Assembly: GCA_029261055.1 (NCBI GenBank)
Contig: JAJDCA010000026.1
Coordinates: 5,747-69,746 of the forward strand
Length of the DNA stretch: 64,000 bases
Origin: Candidatus Omnitrophota bacterium
GTDB lineage: Bacteria; Omnitrophota; Gorgyraeia; Zapsychrales; Zapsychraceae
Direction of reading: 5' to 3'
How positions within the stretch are numbered: position 1 is the stretch's first letter; each line of letters starts with the position of its first letter. Of this stretch, positions 49,174 through 58,950 are shown piece by piece. The position numbers and the translations under genes are program-made. A model generated the notes under the pieces. The model had not been told where the DNA came from and searched no databases. It was given only the letters and a program-made list of their open reading frames with translations.

Positions 49174-49848
49174 ATGTTTTTAACCATTTTATTATTAATC
49201 ATAGTTATTTTTCTTTTTGTTGTGGTGGCATTTTCTCAAGAAATTAAATCCACACGGGAAAGAGATCCTGCGGCGACGGGGTATTTGCAGGTTGTATTTT
49301 TGTATCCTGGCTTGCACGCAGTTATTGCGTATCGGATTGCGCATGTGTTGTGGCAATGCCGGCTTAAGCTTTTATCTCGTTTAATATCTCAAATTAGTCG
49401 TTTATTTACAGGAATTGAAATTCATCCTGGGGCGCAAATAGGTAAAGGCCTTTTTATTGATCACGGCATGGGTGTTGTTGTCGGGGAAACGGCTATTATT
49501 GGAGATAATGTTGCACTTTTTCAAGGCGTAACCTTAGGTGGGACAGGGAAAGAAACCGGTAAACGTCATCCAACGGTAGGGAGTAATGTGGTGATCGGAG
49601 CCGGGGCTAAGGTATTAGGGAATATTCAAATAGGTTCTAATTCTTACATAGGTGCCAATGCTGTTGTTCTACGTGATGCTCCGCCAAATTCTACGGTTGT
49701 TGGGGTTCCTGGACATGTGACAAAGCAGGATGGTAAGAAAATTGATTTAATGATGGATCATGTCCATGTTTCAGACCCTGTTATGCAACATATGAAAGAT
49801 CTTCTGAAGCGTATCCGTGATCTCGAAGAGAAAGTACAAGATAAATAA
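49174..49848 (+). CDS. cysE: Serine O-acetyltransferase
   Basis: ERDPAA N-terminal motif and hexapeptide repeats. The true start may be GTG 49226; the first 17 codons of the track ORF are hydrophobic. Confidence 0.8.
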   Translation: MFLTILLLIIVIFLFVVVAFSQEIKSTRERDPAATGYLQVVFLYPGLHAVIAYRIAHVLWQCRLKLLSRLISQISRLFTGIEIHPGAQIGKGLFIDHGMGVVVGETAIIGDNVALFQGVTLGGTGKETGKRHPTVGSNVVIGAGAKVLGNIQIGSNSYIGANAVVLRDAPPNSTVVGVPGHVTKQDGKKIDLMMDHVHVSDPVMQHMKDLLKRIRDLEEKVQDK

Positions 49849-49851
49849 GTC

Positions 49852-51249
49852 ATGGCTATCCAGATTTACAATACACTCACAAAGAAAAAAGAAGAGTTGA
49901 TTCCGCAGGATGGAAAGACCATCAAGATGTATGCGTGTGGGGTGACTGTCTATGATGTGTGTCATATCGGTCACGCACGGAGTTTGTATGTTTTTGATAT
50001 GATGCGGCGGTATCTTCAATACAGGAATTATGACGTCAATTTTGTCCGTAATATTACGGATGTTGATGACAAAATTATTCATAAATCCAATGAGTTGAAA
50101 AAAAGTTTTGAAAGTGTGGTTGAAGAGAATATTGCGGCATACCGCAAGGATTTAGAACGCTTAGGTGTCAGAGATGTAGATCAAGAACCACGCGCGACGG
50201 AAAATATTGAAGATATGATTAAAGATATTGAAGCTTTGATTGCAAAGGGTTTTGCGTATGCGGTGGAAGGAGATGTGTATTACAATGTCCGCCATTTTAA
50301 GACTTACGGAAAGCTTTCGGGGCAAAGTATTGAGAAAATGCAAGAGGCTGTGCGCATTGAAGCAGATGAAAAAAAACAAGATCCTTTAGACTTTGCTTTG
50401 TGGAAAAAATCTAAGGAAGGCGAACCGTCTTGGGATAGTCCGTGGGGTAAAGGACGTCCGGGGTGGCATATTGAATGTTCTTGCATGAGCCGTAAATTTC
50501 TTAAGTGTGAAACGTTAGATATTCATGCCGGCGGTCGGGATTTAGTTTTTCCTCATCATGAAAATGAAATAGCCCAGGCAGAACCTTTGACCGGTAAACC
50601 CTTTGCCAAATATTGGATTCATCATGGTTTATTGACGATCAATGGTCAGAAGATGGCGAAATCTTTGGGGAATTTTATTACCATTGAAGATGCTTTGAAG
50701 AAATACAGTGTGAATCAGTTAAAGATGTTTTATCTTTCCTCTCATTATGCCAGCCCTGTTGATTTTACAGAAGGAAAGATGCAAGAAGCGGCCAAGGCAT
50801 TGGAGAGGGTTGAGCTTGTATTGAGGCAGTTAGACGACAGAAATTCTGATTCGAGTGCTGGAGATATTGCTCCAGAGATTTTGGAAAAACGCGCCGCTTT
50901 TACAGTATGTATGGACGATGATTTTAATACGCCACGTGCTTTAGCTGTTTTGTTTGATGTGGTGCATTTATGTAATAAAGTTTTAGCTGAGAAAAATGAT
51001 GAACAAGAAAAAATGTTGCAGGATGCACATCAATTTCTCAATGAAATCATCGATATTTTTGGTCTAGAATTTGTTTTAGAAACAACAGAAGATGCGTTAA
51101 CAGAGGAAATGCAGGATTTACTAGCGGAGAGAATCGAGGTACGTAAAAATAAAGATTTTCAGCGTTCCGATGAATTAAGAGATATTCTTCATGAAAAAGG
51201 CGTTGCGGTTGAAGACACCAAGGATGGGCAAAAATGGCGAACAATATGA
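49852..51249 (+). CDS. cysS: Cysteine--tRNA ligase
   Basis: HIGH (CHIGHARS), KMSKS (KMAKS) and the zinc ligand motif. Confidence 0.9.
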   Translation: MAIQIYNTLTKKKEELIPQDGKTIKMYACGVTVYDVCHIGHARSLYVFDMMRRYLQYRNYDVNFVRNITDVDDKIIHKSNELKKSFESVVEENIAAYRKDLERLGVRDVDQEPRATENIEDMIKDIEALIAKGFAYAVEGDVYYNVRHFKTYGKLSGQSIEKMQEAVRIEADEKKQDPLDFALWKKSKEGEPSWDSPWGKGRPGWHIECSCMSRKFLKCETLDIHAGGRDLVFPHHENEIAQAEPLTGKPFAKYWIHHGLLTINGQKMAKSLGNFITIEDALKKYSVNQLKMFYLSSHYASPVDFTEGKMQEAAKALERVELVLRQLDDRNSDSSAGDIAPEILEKRAAFTVCMDDDFNTPRALAVLFDVVHLCNKVLAEKNDEQEKMLQDAHQFLNEIIDIFGLEFVLETTEDALTEEMQDLLAERIEVRKNKDFQRSDELRDILHEKGVAVEDTKDGQKWRTI

Positions 51250-51863
51250 AGGGAATATTAATTACATTTGAAGGTTCTGAAGGTTCGGGCAAAAGTACTC
51301 AAATTAATTTATTGCAAAAGTATTTTAAGAAACAAAAGAAGTCCACTTTATTTTTGCGTGAGCCCGGTGGGGTTAAGATCAGCGAGAAGATTAGAAATAT
51401 TCTTTTGGATGTAAAAAATACAGCCATGGGCAATGAATGTGAGACTTTATTGTACATGGCCGCCCGTGCACAACTTGTACAAGAAGTGCTTCTGCCCGCT
51501 TTGCAAAAAGGCGAGGTTGTTCTTTGTGATCGTTTCCTCGATTCGACAATGGTGTATCAGGGATACGGGTGTGGCGTCGATGTTTCTTTAATTAAGAAAA
51601 TCGGTCATTTTGCGACGCAGGGGATTCAACCGAAGTTGACATTTTTCTTTGATATTGATGCTAAAAAAGGATTGGCGCGGATTAATCGTGCCAAAGATCG
51701 TATTGAATGTCGCGCCATTGCGTATCACAATCGTGTCCGACAAGGGTATTTGGCTCTTGCCAAAAATGAACCGCGGCGGATTAAAGTCATTGATGCAAGT
51801 AAGAGTAAAAGTGAAATTCATGACATTGTATTAGGGCATGTGGAAAAAATATTTTCAAAATGA
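51234..51863 (+). CDS. tmk: Thymidylate kinase
   Basis: ILITFEGSEGSGKSTQ P-loop; DRF motif. Confidence 0.85.
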   Translation: MANNMKGILITFEGSEGSGKSTQINLLQKYFKKQKKSTLFLREPGGVKISEKIRNILLDVKNTAMGNECETLLYMAARAQLVQEVLLPALQKGEVVLCDRFLDSTMVYQGYGCGVDVSLIKKIGHFATQGIQPKLTFFFDIDAKKGLARINRAKDRIECRAIAYHNRVRQGYLALAKNEPRRIKVIDASKSKSEIHDIVLGHVEKIFSK

Positions 51864-52843
51864 TAGAAACACAATCAGACATTAATTTATCTATTATTCA
51901 GCGATTTGCTGCATTGCACAAAAAAAATTGTTTGGCGCATGCGTATTTATTTGTGGGAACTAAAGAGGCGGGAAAGTCAGAAACAGCTGTAGGTGTCGCG
52001 AAATGGTTTAATTGTGAGAAGGCCAAAGAAGAGGGGTTTGCATCTTTTTGTGATCAATGTTTATCTTGCCGGAAAATTAATTCGAAGAATCATCCGGATG
52101 TTCATATGATTGAAGGGGATTACGAAAAATCCATAAAGGTCGAGGAGATTCGGCAGCTATTAAGCCAAATTAAATTGCGACCATTTTTAGCAGAGAAGAA
52201 AATTTTTATTATTAAAAATATGGAAAATTTAACTTTGGAAGGAAGTAATGCACTTTTAAAGACCTTGGAAGAGCCTTCAACAAATAGCCTTTTGATTTTA
52301 ACCTCTTCTGTACCGGAAAAAGTGTTGGATACGGTTAAGTCACGTTGTCATGTGGTACCTTTTCTTCCTTTGTCTCAAAAAGAATTAATGGCAAAGGTAT
52401 CTGAAAATGGCAATGGCAATCCTGAAATTCAATTTATGACATATTTTGCTGAAGGGTGTGTAGGAAGATTTCGAAAGCTTCAGGAAAATCATTTTTTTAC
52501 GATGAAAAACGAAAGCATAGACCGATTTATTTTAAATCCGGCTACAGATGAGAATTTTACGAAAAAAGTGTTGGTAGATAAACAGGCGACAAAGGATTTT
52601 TTGGATGTGTTACTGAGTTGGGTGCGGGATGCGATGTTAATAAAATCAGGGGTAGAAGATGAACGTTTAATTCATTTAGACCGGAGAGCTGAATTGCGTG
52701 ATTTTCAGCGCAGGTTTTCTTTTGAAGCATTGACGTATTTACAGAATGCCGTTATTAAAATGTTTGGATTATTGTCAGAAAACTTTAATGTAAAAATGCG
52801 GTTAGTTATTATTAAAAATTTATTGAGGAGTAATTATGCATAA
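51860..52843 (+). CDS. holB: DNA polymerase III subunit delta'
   Basis: HAYLFVGTKEAGKSE; zinc module CDQCLSCRK; tmk-holB synteny. Confidence 0.8.
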   Translation: MIETQSDINLSIIQRFAALHKKNCLAHAYLFVGTKEAGKSETAVGVAKWFNCEKAKEEGFASFCDQCLSCRKINSKNHPDVHMIEGDYEKSIKVEEIRQLLSQIKLRPFLAEKKIFIIKNMENLTLEGSNALLKTLEEPSTNSLLILTSSVPEKVLDTVKSRCHVVPFLPLSQKELMAKVSENGNGNPEIQFMTYFAEGCVGRFRKLQENHFFTMKNESIDRFILNPATDENFTKKVLVDKQATKDFLDVLLSWVRDAMLIKSGVEDERLIHLDRRAELRDFQRRFSFEALTYLQNAVIKMFGLLSENFNVKMRLVIIKNLLRSNYA

Positions 52844-53621
52844 AGTTGTTCAAGCAAAATTGGGAGAATATCGTCCCGTTTATTTGTATGACGCTAATGA
52901 TGTCGATTGTAAACGGGGAGATTGTGTCATTCTGGAAGTTGACCGAGGGTCTGAGTATGCAACGGTAATTTCGGTAAAGACATTTGATTGTAAGAAAGGC
53001 GATAGTGTTAAAGGAAAAATTGTCCGGCATGCCACAACAGGTGACAAGAAGCAAATAGAAAATAATCGTATGAAGGCCAAAGATGCGCTTAATACAGGGG
53101 TTCGGAAAATTACAGAACGGCATCTTCTAATGAAAATTGTAAAAGTCGAATACACTTTTGATAATAGTAAAATTATTTTTTTCTTTGCGGCAGACGGGCG
53201 TGTTGATTTTCGGGCACTGGTCAAAGAGCTGGCCGGTATTTTTCGTGTGCGTATTGAATTAAAACAAATTGGTGTTCGGGATAAAGCCAAGATTACCGGG
53301 GGGTATGGTGTATGTGGACGGGAACTTTGTTGTCATTCGTACATGAATATGTTTCATCCGCTTTCGGTCAAGATGGCTAAACGACAGGGTTTACCATTAA
53401 ATCCTTCACGCATTTCAGGATTGTGTGGTCGGATTAAATGTTGTATGGCGTATGAATTTGATGTTTACAGGAGGTATTCAAGGTCGCTGCCATCTATTGG
53501 CGATAGTATTACGATTAGTGAAGGGCAAGGAAGAGTGGTGGATATCAATATTTTAAAACGCCGTGTGAGTGTTGATCTTGGTGAGGGAAGAATTGTGAAA
53601 GCGACGATTGATGAAAAATAA
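52836..53621 (+). CDS. ricT: PSP1-domain protein (RicT/YaaT family)
   Basis: PSP1 C-terminal domain with a Cys cluster (CGRELCC ... CGRIKCC); conserved position after holB. Confidence 0.7.
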   Translation: MHKVVQAKLGEYRPVYLYDANDVDCKRGDCVILEVDRGSEYATVISVKTFDCKKGDSVKGKIVRHATTGDKKQIENNRMKAKDALNTGVRKITERHLLMKIVKVEYTFDNSKIIFFFAADGRVDFRALVKELAGIFRVRIELKQIGVRDKAKITGGYGVCGRELCCHSYMNMFHPLSVKMAKRQGLPLNPSRISGLCGRIKCCMAYEFDVYRRYSRSLPSIGDSITISEGQGRVVDINILKRRVSVDLGEGRIVKATIDEK

Positions 53622-55113
53622 ATTTTATGTAACAACGCCTATTTATTACGTTAATGACAAGCCGCATATCGGGCATGCGTACACGACGATCCTTGCCGAT
53701 GTTTTGGCACGTTTTCATAGGGCCAGCGGGGATGATGTTTTTTTCTTAACGGGATTAGATGAACATGGGCAAAAAGTTCAGCAGGCGGCTGAAGCCCGTC
53801 AAATGACCTCCCAAGCCCATTGTGATGATTTGGCACCACGATTTTTGCATTTGTGGGAAAAGTTAGAGATTCAGCATGATGATTTTATTCGGACGACACA
53901 GCCTCGTCATGTGAGGGTTGTTCAAGAGACCTTGCAAAAAGTTTACGATGCCGGTGATGTGTATGAGGATGAATATGAGGGGTGGTATTCGGTTTCCGAA
54001 GAGCGCTTTATTACAGCGACAGAAAAAGAGTCTGGTGAATTTCGGGATATTAAGCAGCTGAAAGAAAAGAATTGGTTTTTCCGCATGAGCAAATATCAAC
54101 AGAGGCTCATCGACCACATTAATGACAATCCAGAATTTATTCAACCCGTGCATCGTCGTAATGAAGTTTTGGGTTTTCTTCGCCAGCCTCTGGGAGATTT
54201 GTGTATTTCTCGTCCTAAGTCGCGTATGAGTTGGGGAATTGAATTACCCTTTGATACAGAGTATGTGACGTATGTCTGGTTTGATGCCCTTTTGAATTAT
54301 GTGACAGGTCCCGGCTATTTAGCTGACGAGACTCTGTTTCAGAAATGGTGGCCGGCTTCAATTCATTTAATTGGTAAAGATATTCTTACCACGCATTCGG
54401 TGTATTGGCCGACGATGTTATTTTCTTTAGGGTTACCCTTACCGAAAACTATTTTTGCCCACGGGTGGTGGTTAACCGGTGATGCTAAGATGAGCAAGTC
54501 TCTAGGGAATATCGTGAATCCTTTGGACTTGATTGATGAATACGGGGTAGATCCGGTGCGGTATTATTTGATGCGCGAGATGGTTTTAGGGCAGGATTCT
54601 AATTTTACCGAGGCCTCATTTATTAAACGGTACAATAGTGATTTGGCGAATGATTTTGGTAATTTGCTTAATCGCGTGAGTGGGCTTATTGGAAAGTATT
54701 TTGATGGGTGCGTGCCGGCGCCACAAGAAGAGACGCCAGCGGAACAAGAAGTTCGTCAATGTGCTGAAAGTTTAGATGGGCGTAAACATGAATTGATTCA
54801 AGAATTAAAGGTGCATGAAGCGATTGAAGAAACTTTGGCTTTGGTACGAAAAATGAATAAATATCTTGAAAGTCAAGCCCCGTGGAAAGTAGCTAAGGAA
54901 GATTTAGGTCGTGCCGGTACAATCCTTTACACGGCTTGTGAAGCCTTACGCATCAGCGCCGTGCATTTAGAACCCGTCATGCCGGCCAAAACTAAAATTC
55001 TTTTAGAAGTTCTAGGTGCCGAAACTACAGGCGTAAAGTGGGGCGAACTTCAAAGTGGTACAAAATTAAAAGCACACGAGGCGCTATTTCCTAGGGTAGA
55101 AATTGAAAAATAA
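53608..55113 (+). CDS. metG: Methionine--tRNA ligase (short form)
   Basis: HIGH (PHIGHAYT) and KMSKS motifs. Confidence 0.9.
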   Translation: MMKNKFYVTTPIYYVNDKPHIGHAYTTILADVLARFHRASGDDVFFLTGLDEHGQKVQQAAEARQMTSQAHCDDLAPRFLHLWEKLEIQHDDFIRTTQPRHVRVVQETLQKVYDAGDVYEDEYEGWYSVSEERFITATEKESGEFRDIKQLKEKNWFFRMSKYQQRLIDHINDNPEFIQPVHRRNEVLGFLRQPLGDLCISRPKSRMSWGIELPFDTEYVTYVWFDALLNYVTGPGYLADETLFQKWWPASIHLIGKDILTTHSVYWPTMLFSLGLPLPKTIFAHGWWLTGDAKMSKSLGNIVNPLDLIDEYGVDPVRYYLMREMVLGQDSNFTEASFIKRYNSDLANDFGNLLNRVSGLIGKYFDGCVPAPQEETPAEQEVRQCAESLDGRKHELIQELKVHEAIEETLALVRKMNKYLESQAPWKVAKEDLGRAGTILYTACEALRISAVHLEPVMPAKTKILLEVLGAETTGVKWGELQSGTKLKAHEALFPRVEIEK

Positions 55114-55381
55114 AATGAAGAAAATTGTTTGGCATGCCCATGCTAAAGCAAGGTTGGTAGAACGAGGTATTGGATTAAAGCTAATAAGAGATGCTTTAGA
55201 TTATCCAGATCAAATAATTTCTGAAGGTAAATACAGTATTATTCATAAATTTTACGGTGATTTTAATCGTAAAAAGAAGTATTTGTTGAGAATTTTTGTT
55301 GAAGAGCAAGAACGGAAATTCATAATCCGTTCAGTTTATCGTACTTCAAAAATTCATAAATATTGGAGGGATACCAAATGA
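55103..55381 (+). CDS. DUF4258-family small protein (putative toxin of a two-gene module)
   Basis: About 90 aa, overlapping the next ORF by ATGA. This pairing with DUF2283 is widespread. Confidence 0.55.
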   Translation: MKNKMKKIVWHAHAKARLVERGIGLKLIRDALDYPDQIISEGKYSIIHKFYGDFNRKKKYLLRIFVEEQERKFIIRSVYRTSKIHKYWRDTK

Positions 55382-55599
55382 AAATGAACTATGATCCAAA
55401 GGCCGATGCCTTGTATATTCGATTAAAGTCATCTAGAACAAAAATTGATGAAAGTGATGAGGTTTCAAAAGGGGTTATTATTGATTACGATACCTCGGGA
55501 AAGCCTGTTGGAATTGAGTTTTTAAATGCAGCTAAACTTTTTGGAGGGCGCAAAGAATTTCAAGTTGAAATGTCTTTAACGGAAAATATTAGAAAATAG
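55378..55599 (+). CDS. DUF2283-family small protein (putative antitoxin partner)
   Basis: MKMNYDPKADALYIRL N-terminus and an RBS GGAGGG. The track start 55363 is an alternative upstream codon. Confidence 0.55.
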   Translation: MKMNYDPKADALYIRLKSSRTKIDESDEVSKGVIIDYDTSGKPVGIEFLNAAKLFGGRKEFQVEMSLTENIRK

Positions 55600-55614
55600 G
55601 AAGGGTAAAATCAT

Positions 55615-56652
55615 ATGGCTATGGAAACGATTACGTGGGTGAAGGGTCAGGTTAAGTTGATTGATCAGACGTTGTTGCCGGGGAAGTTGAAATACATTTA
55701 TTGTAAGGATGTGAAAACATTGTGGGAGGCGATTAAACGGTTGAGTGTGCGGGGGGCGCCGGCTTTGGGTGTGGCAGCGGCGTTTGGTGTCTTGCTCGGG
55801 TTGAAAAAGTTTAAAGGAAAAGATTCAGCAAAGTTCGTGAAACATGTAGCGGATGTGTGTGATTACATTGGGACATCCCGGCCTACGGCGGTGAATTTGT
55901 TTGCTGCGCTGGAAGAGATGAAGGCTTCGGCGGTTATGCATCGCGATTGTTCTGTGACAGAAATTACGAAATATTTAAAGAAGACGGCGATGGCCATTTA
56001 TGACGAAGATCGCCGGGTGTGTCGCACGATGGGGAAATTTGGGGCGACTTTGATTCGGTCTGGACAGAATGTTTTAACGGTCTGTAATGCCGGAGCTTTG
56101 GCGACGGTAGATTTTGGGACGGCATTGGGTGTGTTTTACAGTGCCAAAGCCCAACGAAAGAAATTTAAGGTGTATGCTTGCGAAACACGTCCGCTTTTGC
56201 AAGGGGCGCGATTGACAACTTGGGAACTTCTTCGAGGCGGTATTGATACCACATTAATTTGTGACAATATGGCAGCCACAGTGATGAAGCAGGGCAAAGT
56301 AGATGCGATTTTTACCGGAGCCGATCGTGTGGCGGCGAATGGCGATTCCGCCAATAAAATTGGCACGTACAGTTTGGCTGTTTTGGCTAAATATCACAAG
56401 ATTCCTTTTTACATTGTGGCGCCACGCTCAACGTTTGATTTGAGTATTAAAAGTGGGCAGGAAATTCCTATTGAAGAACGTGATAAATCAGAAGTCATTA
56501 ATTTCCAAAATCAATCAACAGCACCTAAGCAGGTCAAGGTGTACAATCCTGCCTTTGATGTCACAGATGCCAAACTCATTACGGCGATCGTCACAGAACA
56601 TGGGATCATCAAACCGCCTTTTCGTCAAAATATTAAGAATGTTTTCAAATGA
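55615..56652 (+). CDS. mtnA: S-methyl-5-thioribose-1-phosphate isomerase (eIF-2B alpha/beta/delta family)
   Basis: RGAPALGVAAAFGV ... CNAGALAT ... GADRVAANGD. Confidence 0.8.
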   Translation: MAMETITWVKGQVKLIDQTLLPGKLKYIYCKDVKTLWEAIKRLSVRGAPALGVAAAFGVLLGLKKFKGKDSAKFVKHVADVCDYIGTSRPTAVNLFAALEEMKASAVMHRDCSVTEITKYLKKTAMAIYDEDRRVCRTMGKFGATLIRSGQNVLTVCNAGALATVDFGTALGVFYSAKAQRKKFKVYACETRPLLQGARLTTWELLRGGIDTTLICDNMAATVMKQGKVDAIFTGADRVAANGDSANKIGTYSLAVLAKYHKIPFYIVAPRSTFDLSIKSGQEIPIEERDKSEVINFQNQSTAPKQVKVYNPAFDVTDAKLITAIVTEHGIIKPPFRQNIKNVFK

Positions 56653-57554
56653 CAACATTGTCCCAGGTAGGTGAATTTGGGTTGATTGATCAGATTAAGA
56701 AAGGCGTCTCATCATCGCGCTCAATTGTGTGTGGTGTCGGCGATGACACGGCGGTGGTAAAAAGTCCTTCCGGTTTACAATTATTAACAACAGATATGTT
56801 GGTTGAAGATGTGCATTTTACATGTAAAATGTCACCGTTGGCCATTGGGCATAAGGCTTTGGCGTGCAGCATTAGTGATGTGGCGGCCATGGGAGGCCAG
56901 CCGCAGTACGCATTGATATCTCTAGGGGCTCCAGCTAATTTTTCTAAACAATTTATTTTGACAATGTACCGGGGCCTGCAGCGTACGGCTAAAAAATTTG
57001 GTGTGCATGTAGTCGGTGGGGATACGGTTAAAAGTAACAAGCTGACAATTAATGTGGCTTTAACCGGTGAGGTTGCTTCAAAAAATTTAGTTACGCGTAA
57101 AGGGGCAAGGCCTGGGGATCAAATTTTTGTCACAGGGCCTTTGGGAAAATCATTTACATCCGGCTGGCATTTGAAATTTATTCCACGTGTGAAAGAGGCG
57201 CACTACTTGGTAAAATATTTTAAGCCGACGGCCATGATGGATATCTCCGACGGATTAGCCGCAGATTTAGGACATGTCTTAAAGGCGAGTGGTGTAGGGG
57301 CTGTTATTGAAGAAGAAAAAGTGCCACGCAGGCAGAAGGCTACTCTTCAGCAAGCTTTGCACGATGGGGAAGATTTTGAGTTATTGTTTACGTTGTCTTC
57401 GCAGCAAGCGCAGAAATTAACAAAACAGAAACTGCCTTTTAAATTTTTTTTCATTGGCGGAATTGTAAAAGAACCTGGCCTATTACATGTTATTAACAAA
57501 AAAGGAAAAGCGCGAAATATTTCACCAAAAGGATTTGAACATTTTAAACCATAA
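56649..57554 (+). CDS. thiL: Thiamine-monophosphate kinase
   Basis: GEFGLIDQI ... GDDTAVV ... PurM-like fold. Confidence 0.75.
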   Translation: MTTLSQVGEFGLIDQIKKGVSSSRSIVCGVGDDTAVVKSPSGLQLLTTDMLVEDVHFTCKMSPLAIGHKALACSISDVAAMGGQPQYALISLGAPANFSKQFILTMYRGLQRTAKKFGVHVVGGDTVKSNKLTINVALTGEVASKNLVTRKGARPGDQIFVTGPLGKSFTSGWHLKFIPRVKEAHYLVKYFKPTAMMDISDGLAADLGHVLKASGVGAVIEEEKVPRRQKATLQQALHDGEDFELLFTLSSQQAQKLTKQKLPFKFFFIGGIVKEPGLLHVINKKGKARNISPKGFEHFKP

Positions 57555-57619
57555 ACACACCTCGGGAGTCTGTTTGGGGTACACAACGCCATCCCAAACA
57601 GACCCCCGAGGTGTGTTTA
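57552..57619. repeat. Long hairpin with 27-bp arms (TAAACACACCTCGGGAGTCTGTTTGGG / CCCAAACAGACCCCCGAGGTGTGTTTA) and a 13-nt loop, beginning at the thiL stop codon
   Basis: 26/27 complementary; no U-tract follows. Confidence 0.7.
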
Positions 57620-57635
57620 CGGTTAATCGTCGATT

Positions 57636-58088
57636 ATGTCATTTAAATTAATAACAAGGACTCAGGAAGAGACTATTCAATTTGGGGTCACTTTGGCGAA
57701 GAGGCTGAAGCCTGGCGACATTATTTGTCTCTTCGGTGATTTGGGTAGCGGGAAGACGACATTCGTTAAAGGCCTGGCGAAGGGGTTAAGGATTAATCCT
57801 ACAAAGGTGAGTAGTCCGACGTTTGTTGTGATGAACATGTATGAAGGCAAGTTGCCTTTGTACCATTTTGATTTGTACCGGTTTGAAGACGCAAATGAAA
57901 TTTATGCGATTGGTTACGAAGAGTTCTTTTATGGAGAGGGCATTGCTGTTGTCGAATGGGCTGAGCGCTTAGGCGCATTGTGTCCGAAGGAATATTTGAG
58001 TGTACATTTTTCCCATCGAAAAGATCATGGACGAACAATTCAATTGAAAGCAAAAGGGAAAAGGTATCATGAAATTATTAACCATTGA
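57636..58088 (+). CDS. tsaE: tRNA threonylcarbamoyladenosine biosynthesis ATPase
   Basis: P-loop [13 protein letters not shown]. Confidence 0.85.
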   Translation: MSFKLITRTQEETIQFGVTLAKRLKPGDIICLFGDLGSGKTTFVKGLAKGLRINPTKVSSPTFVVMNMYEGKLPLYHFDLYRFEDANEIYAIGYEEFFYGEGIAVVEWAERLGALCPKEYLSVHFSHRKDHGRTIQLKAKGKRYHEIINH

Positions 58089-58755
58089 AGCTTCAACACG
58101 AAATTACAGCTTGGCGGTTTCCGATGAGGAAAAGGTTGTTGCTTACAAAAATTTTAGACTTAAGAATGTGCTTTCATCATCCGTCATGCCGGGCATCAAA
58201 AGTGTTTTAGATAAATCTGGAATTCCGCTCAATAAATTGGATGGGTTTGCGGTGGGATTAGGTCCAGGGTCGTTTACCGGTTTGCGTGTGGGATTAGCAA
58301 CGATACAAGGGCTTATTTTTGCCACGCAAAAACCTGTGGTGGGTATTTCCAGTTTAGATATTTTAGCGGCCAACGTCACTACAGAGGTGGAGCAAATTTG
58401 TGTCATCACGGATGCCAAGCGTAGCATGGTGTTTTCATGTGTGTACCAACGGAAAGGATCTCAGCTCAAGAAGCTAAGCCCGTATGTTTTAGCACCGGTC
58501 GAAGATGCCCTTAAAAATATTAGCGGCGCAACGATTTTTGTTGGGGATGGTATTGCTTTGTATCACGAGCGAGTTGTGCAGTTTTGTCGTGGAAAATTTG
58601 CCATTACGTTTGCCGCAGAAAAATTATGGAGCCCTCAAGCCCGGCGAGCTGTTCCTTTAGTTTTAGAAAGATTTCGTCAGAAAAAAGTCGACAAGATTGA
58701 AAAGTTATTACCTTTGTATTTGTATCCAGAAGATTGTCAAGTTAGGAGAAGTTAA
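58069..58755 (+). CDS. tsaB: tRNA threonylcarbamoyladenosine biosynthesis protein TsaB
   Basis: YeaZ-like N-terminus; tsaE-tsaB order. Confidence 0.75.
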   Translation: MKLLTIEASTRNYSLAVSDEEKVVAYKNFRLKNVLSSSVMPGIKSVLDKSGIPLNKLDGFAVGLGPGSFTGLRVGLATIQGLIFATQKPVVGISSLDILAANVTTEVEQICVITDAKRSMVFSCVYQRKGSQLKKLSPYVLAPVEDALKNISGATIFVGDGIALYHERVVQFCRGKFAITFAAEKLWSPQARRAVPLVLERFRQKKVDKIEKLLPLYLYPEDCQVRRS

Positions 58756-58821
58756 TTAGGAATTTCTAGCTTTAAAGAAATTCCAAAAGGGTCTAATTCC
58801 CCGAGGCTTGCCCCGAGGAGT
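58753..58821. repeat. Second identical copy of the 69-bp post-stop hairpin repeat; it supplies the tsaB stop codon
   Basis: 69/69 identical to 25067-25135. Confidence 0.8.
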
Positions 58822-58827
58822 GTCATT

Positions 58828-58920
58828 AAGAGGGAGAAGTAAGGTGTAAGAGGCAAGAAGCAAGATAAAGAATTTATGTTTTATCTTGCATCTTACATCT
58901 TGTAACTTGCTTCTTTTAAA
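58828..58920. repeat. Purine/pyrimidine hairpin repeat (GAAGTAAGGTGTAAGAGGCAAGAAGCAAGATAAAG ... TTTATCTTGCATCTTACATCTTG) 5' of alr
   Basis: Family shared with 31199, 46888 and 61556. Confidence 0.6.
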
Positions 58921-58925
58921 AGAGG

Positions 58926-58950
58926 TCAGTGATCAGTGGTCAGTGCTCAG
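58926..58950. repeat. Heptamer tandem TCAGTGN x3.5 spanning the alr GTG start codon
   Basis: TCAGTGA TCAGTGG TCAGTGC TCAG. Confidence 0.5.
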
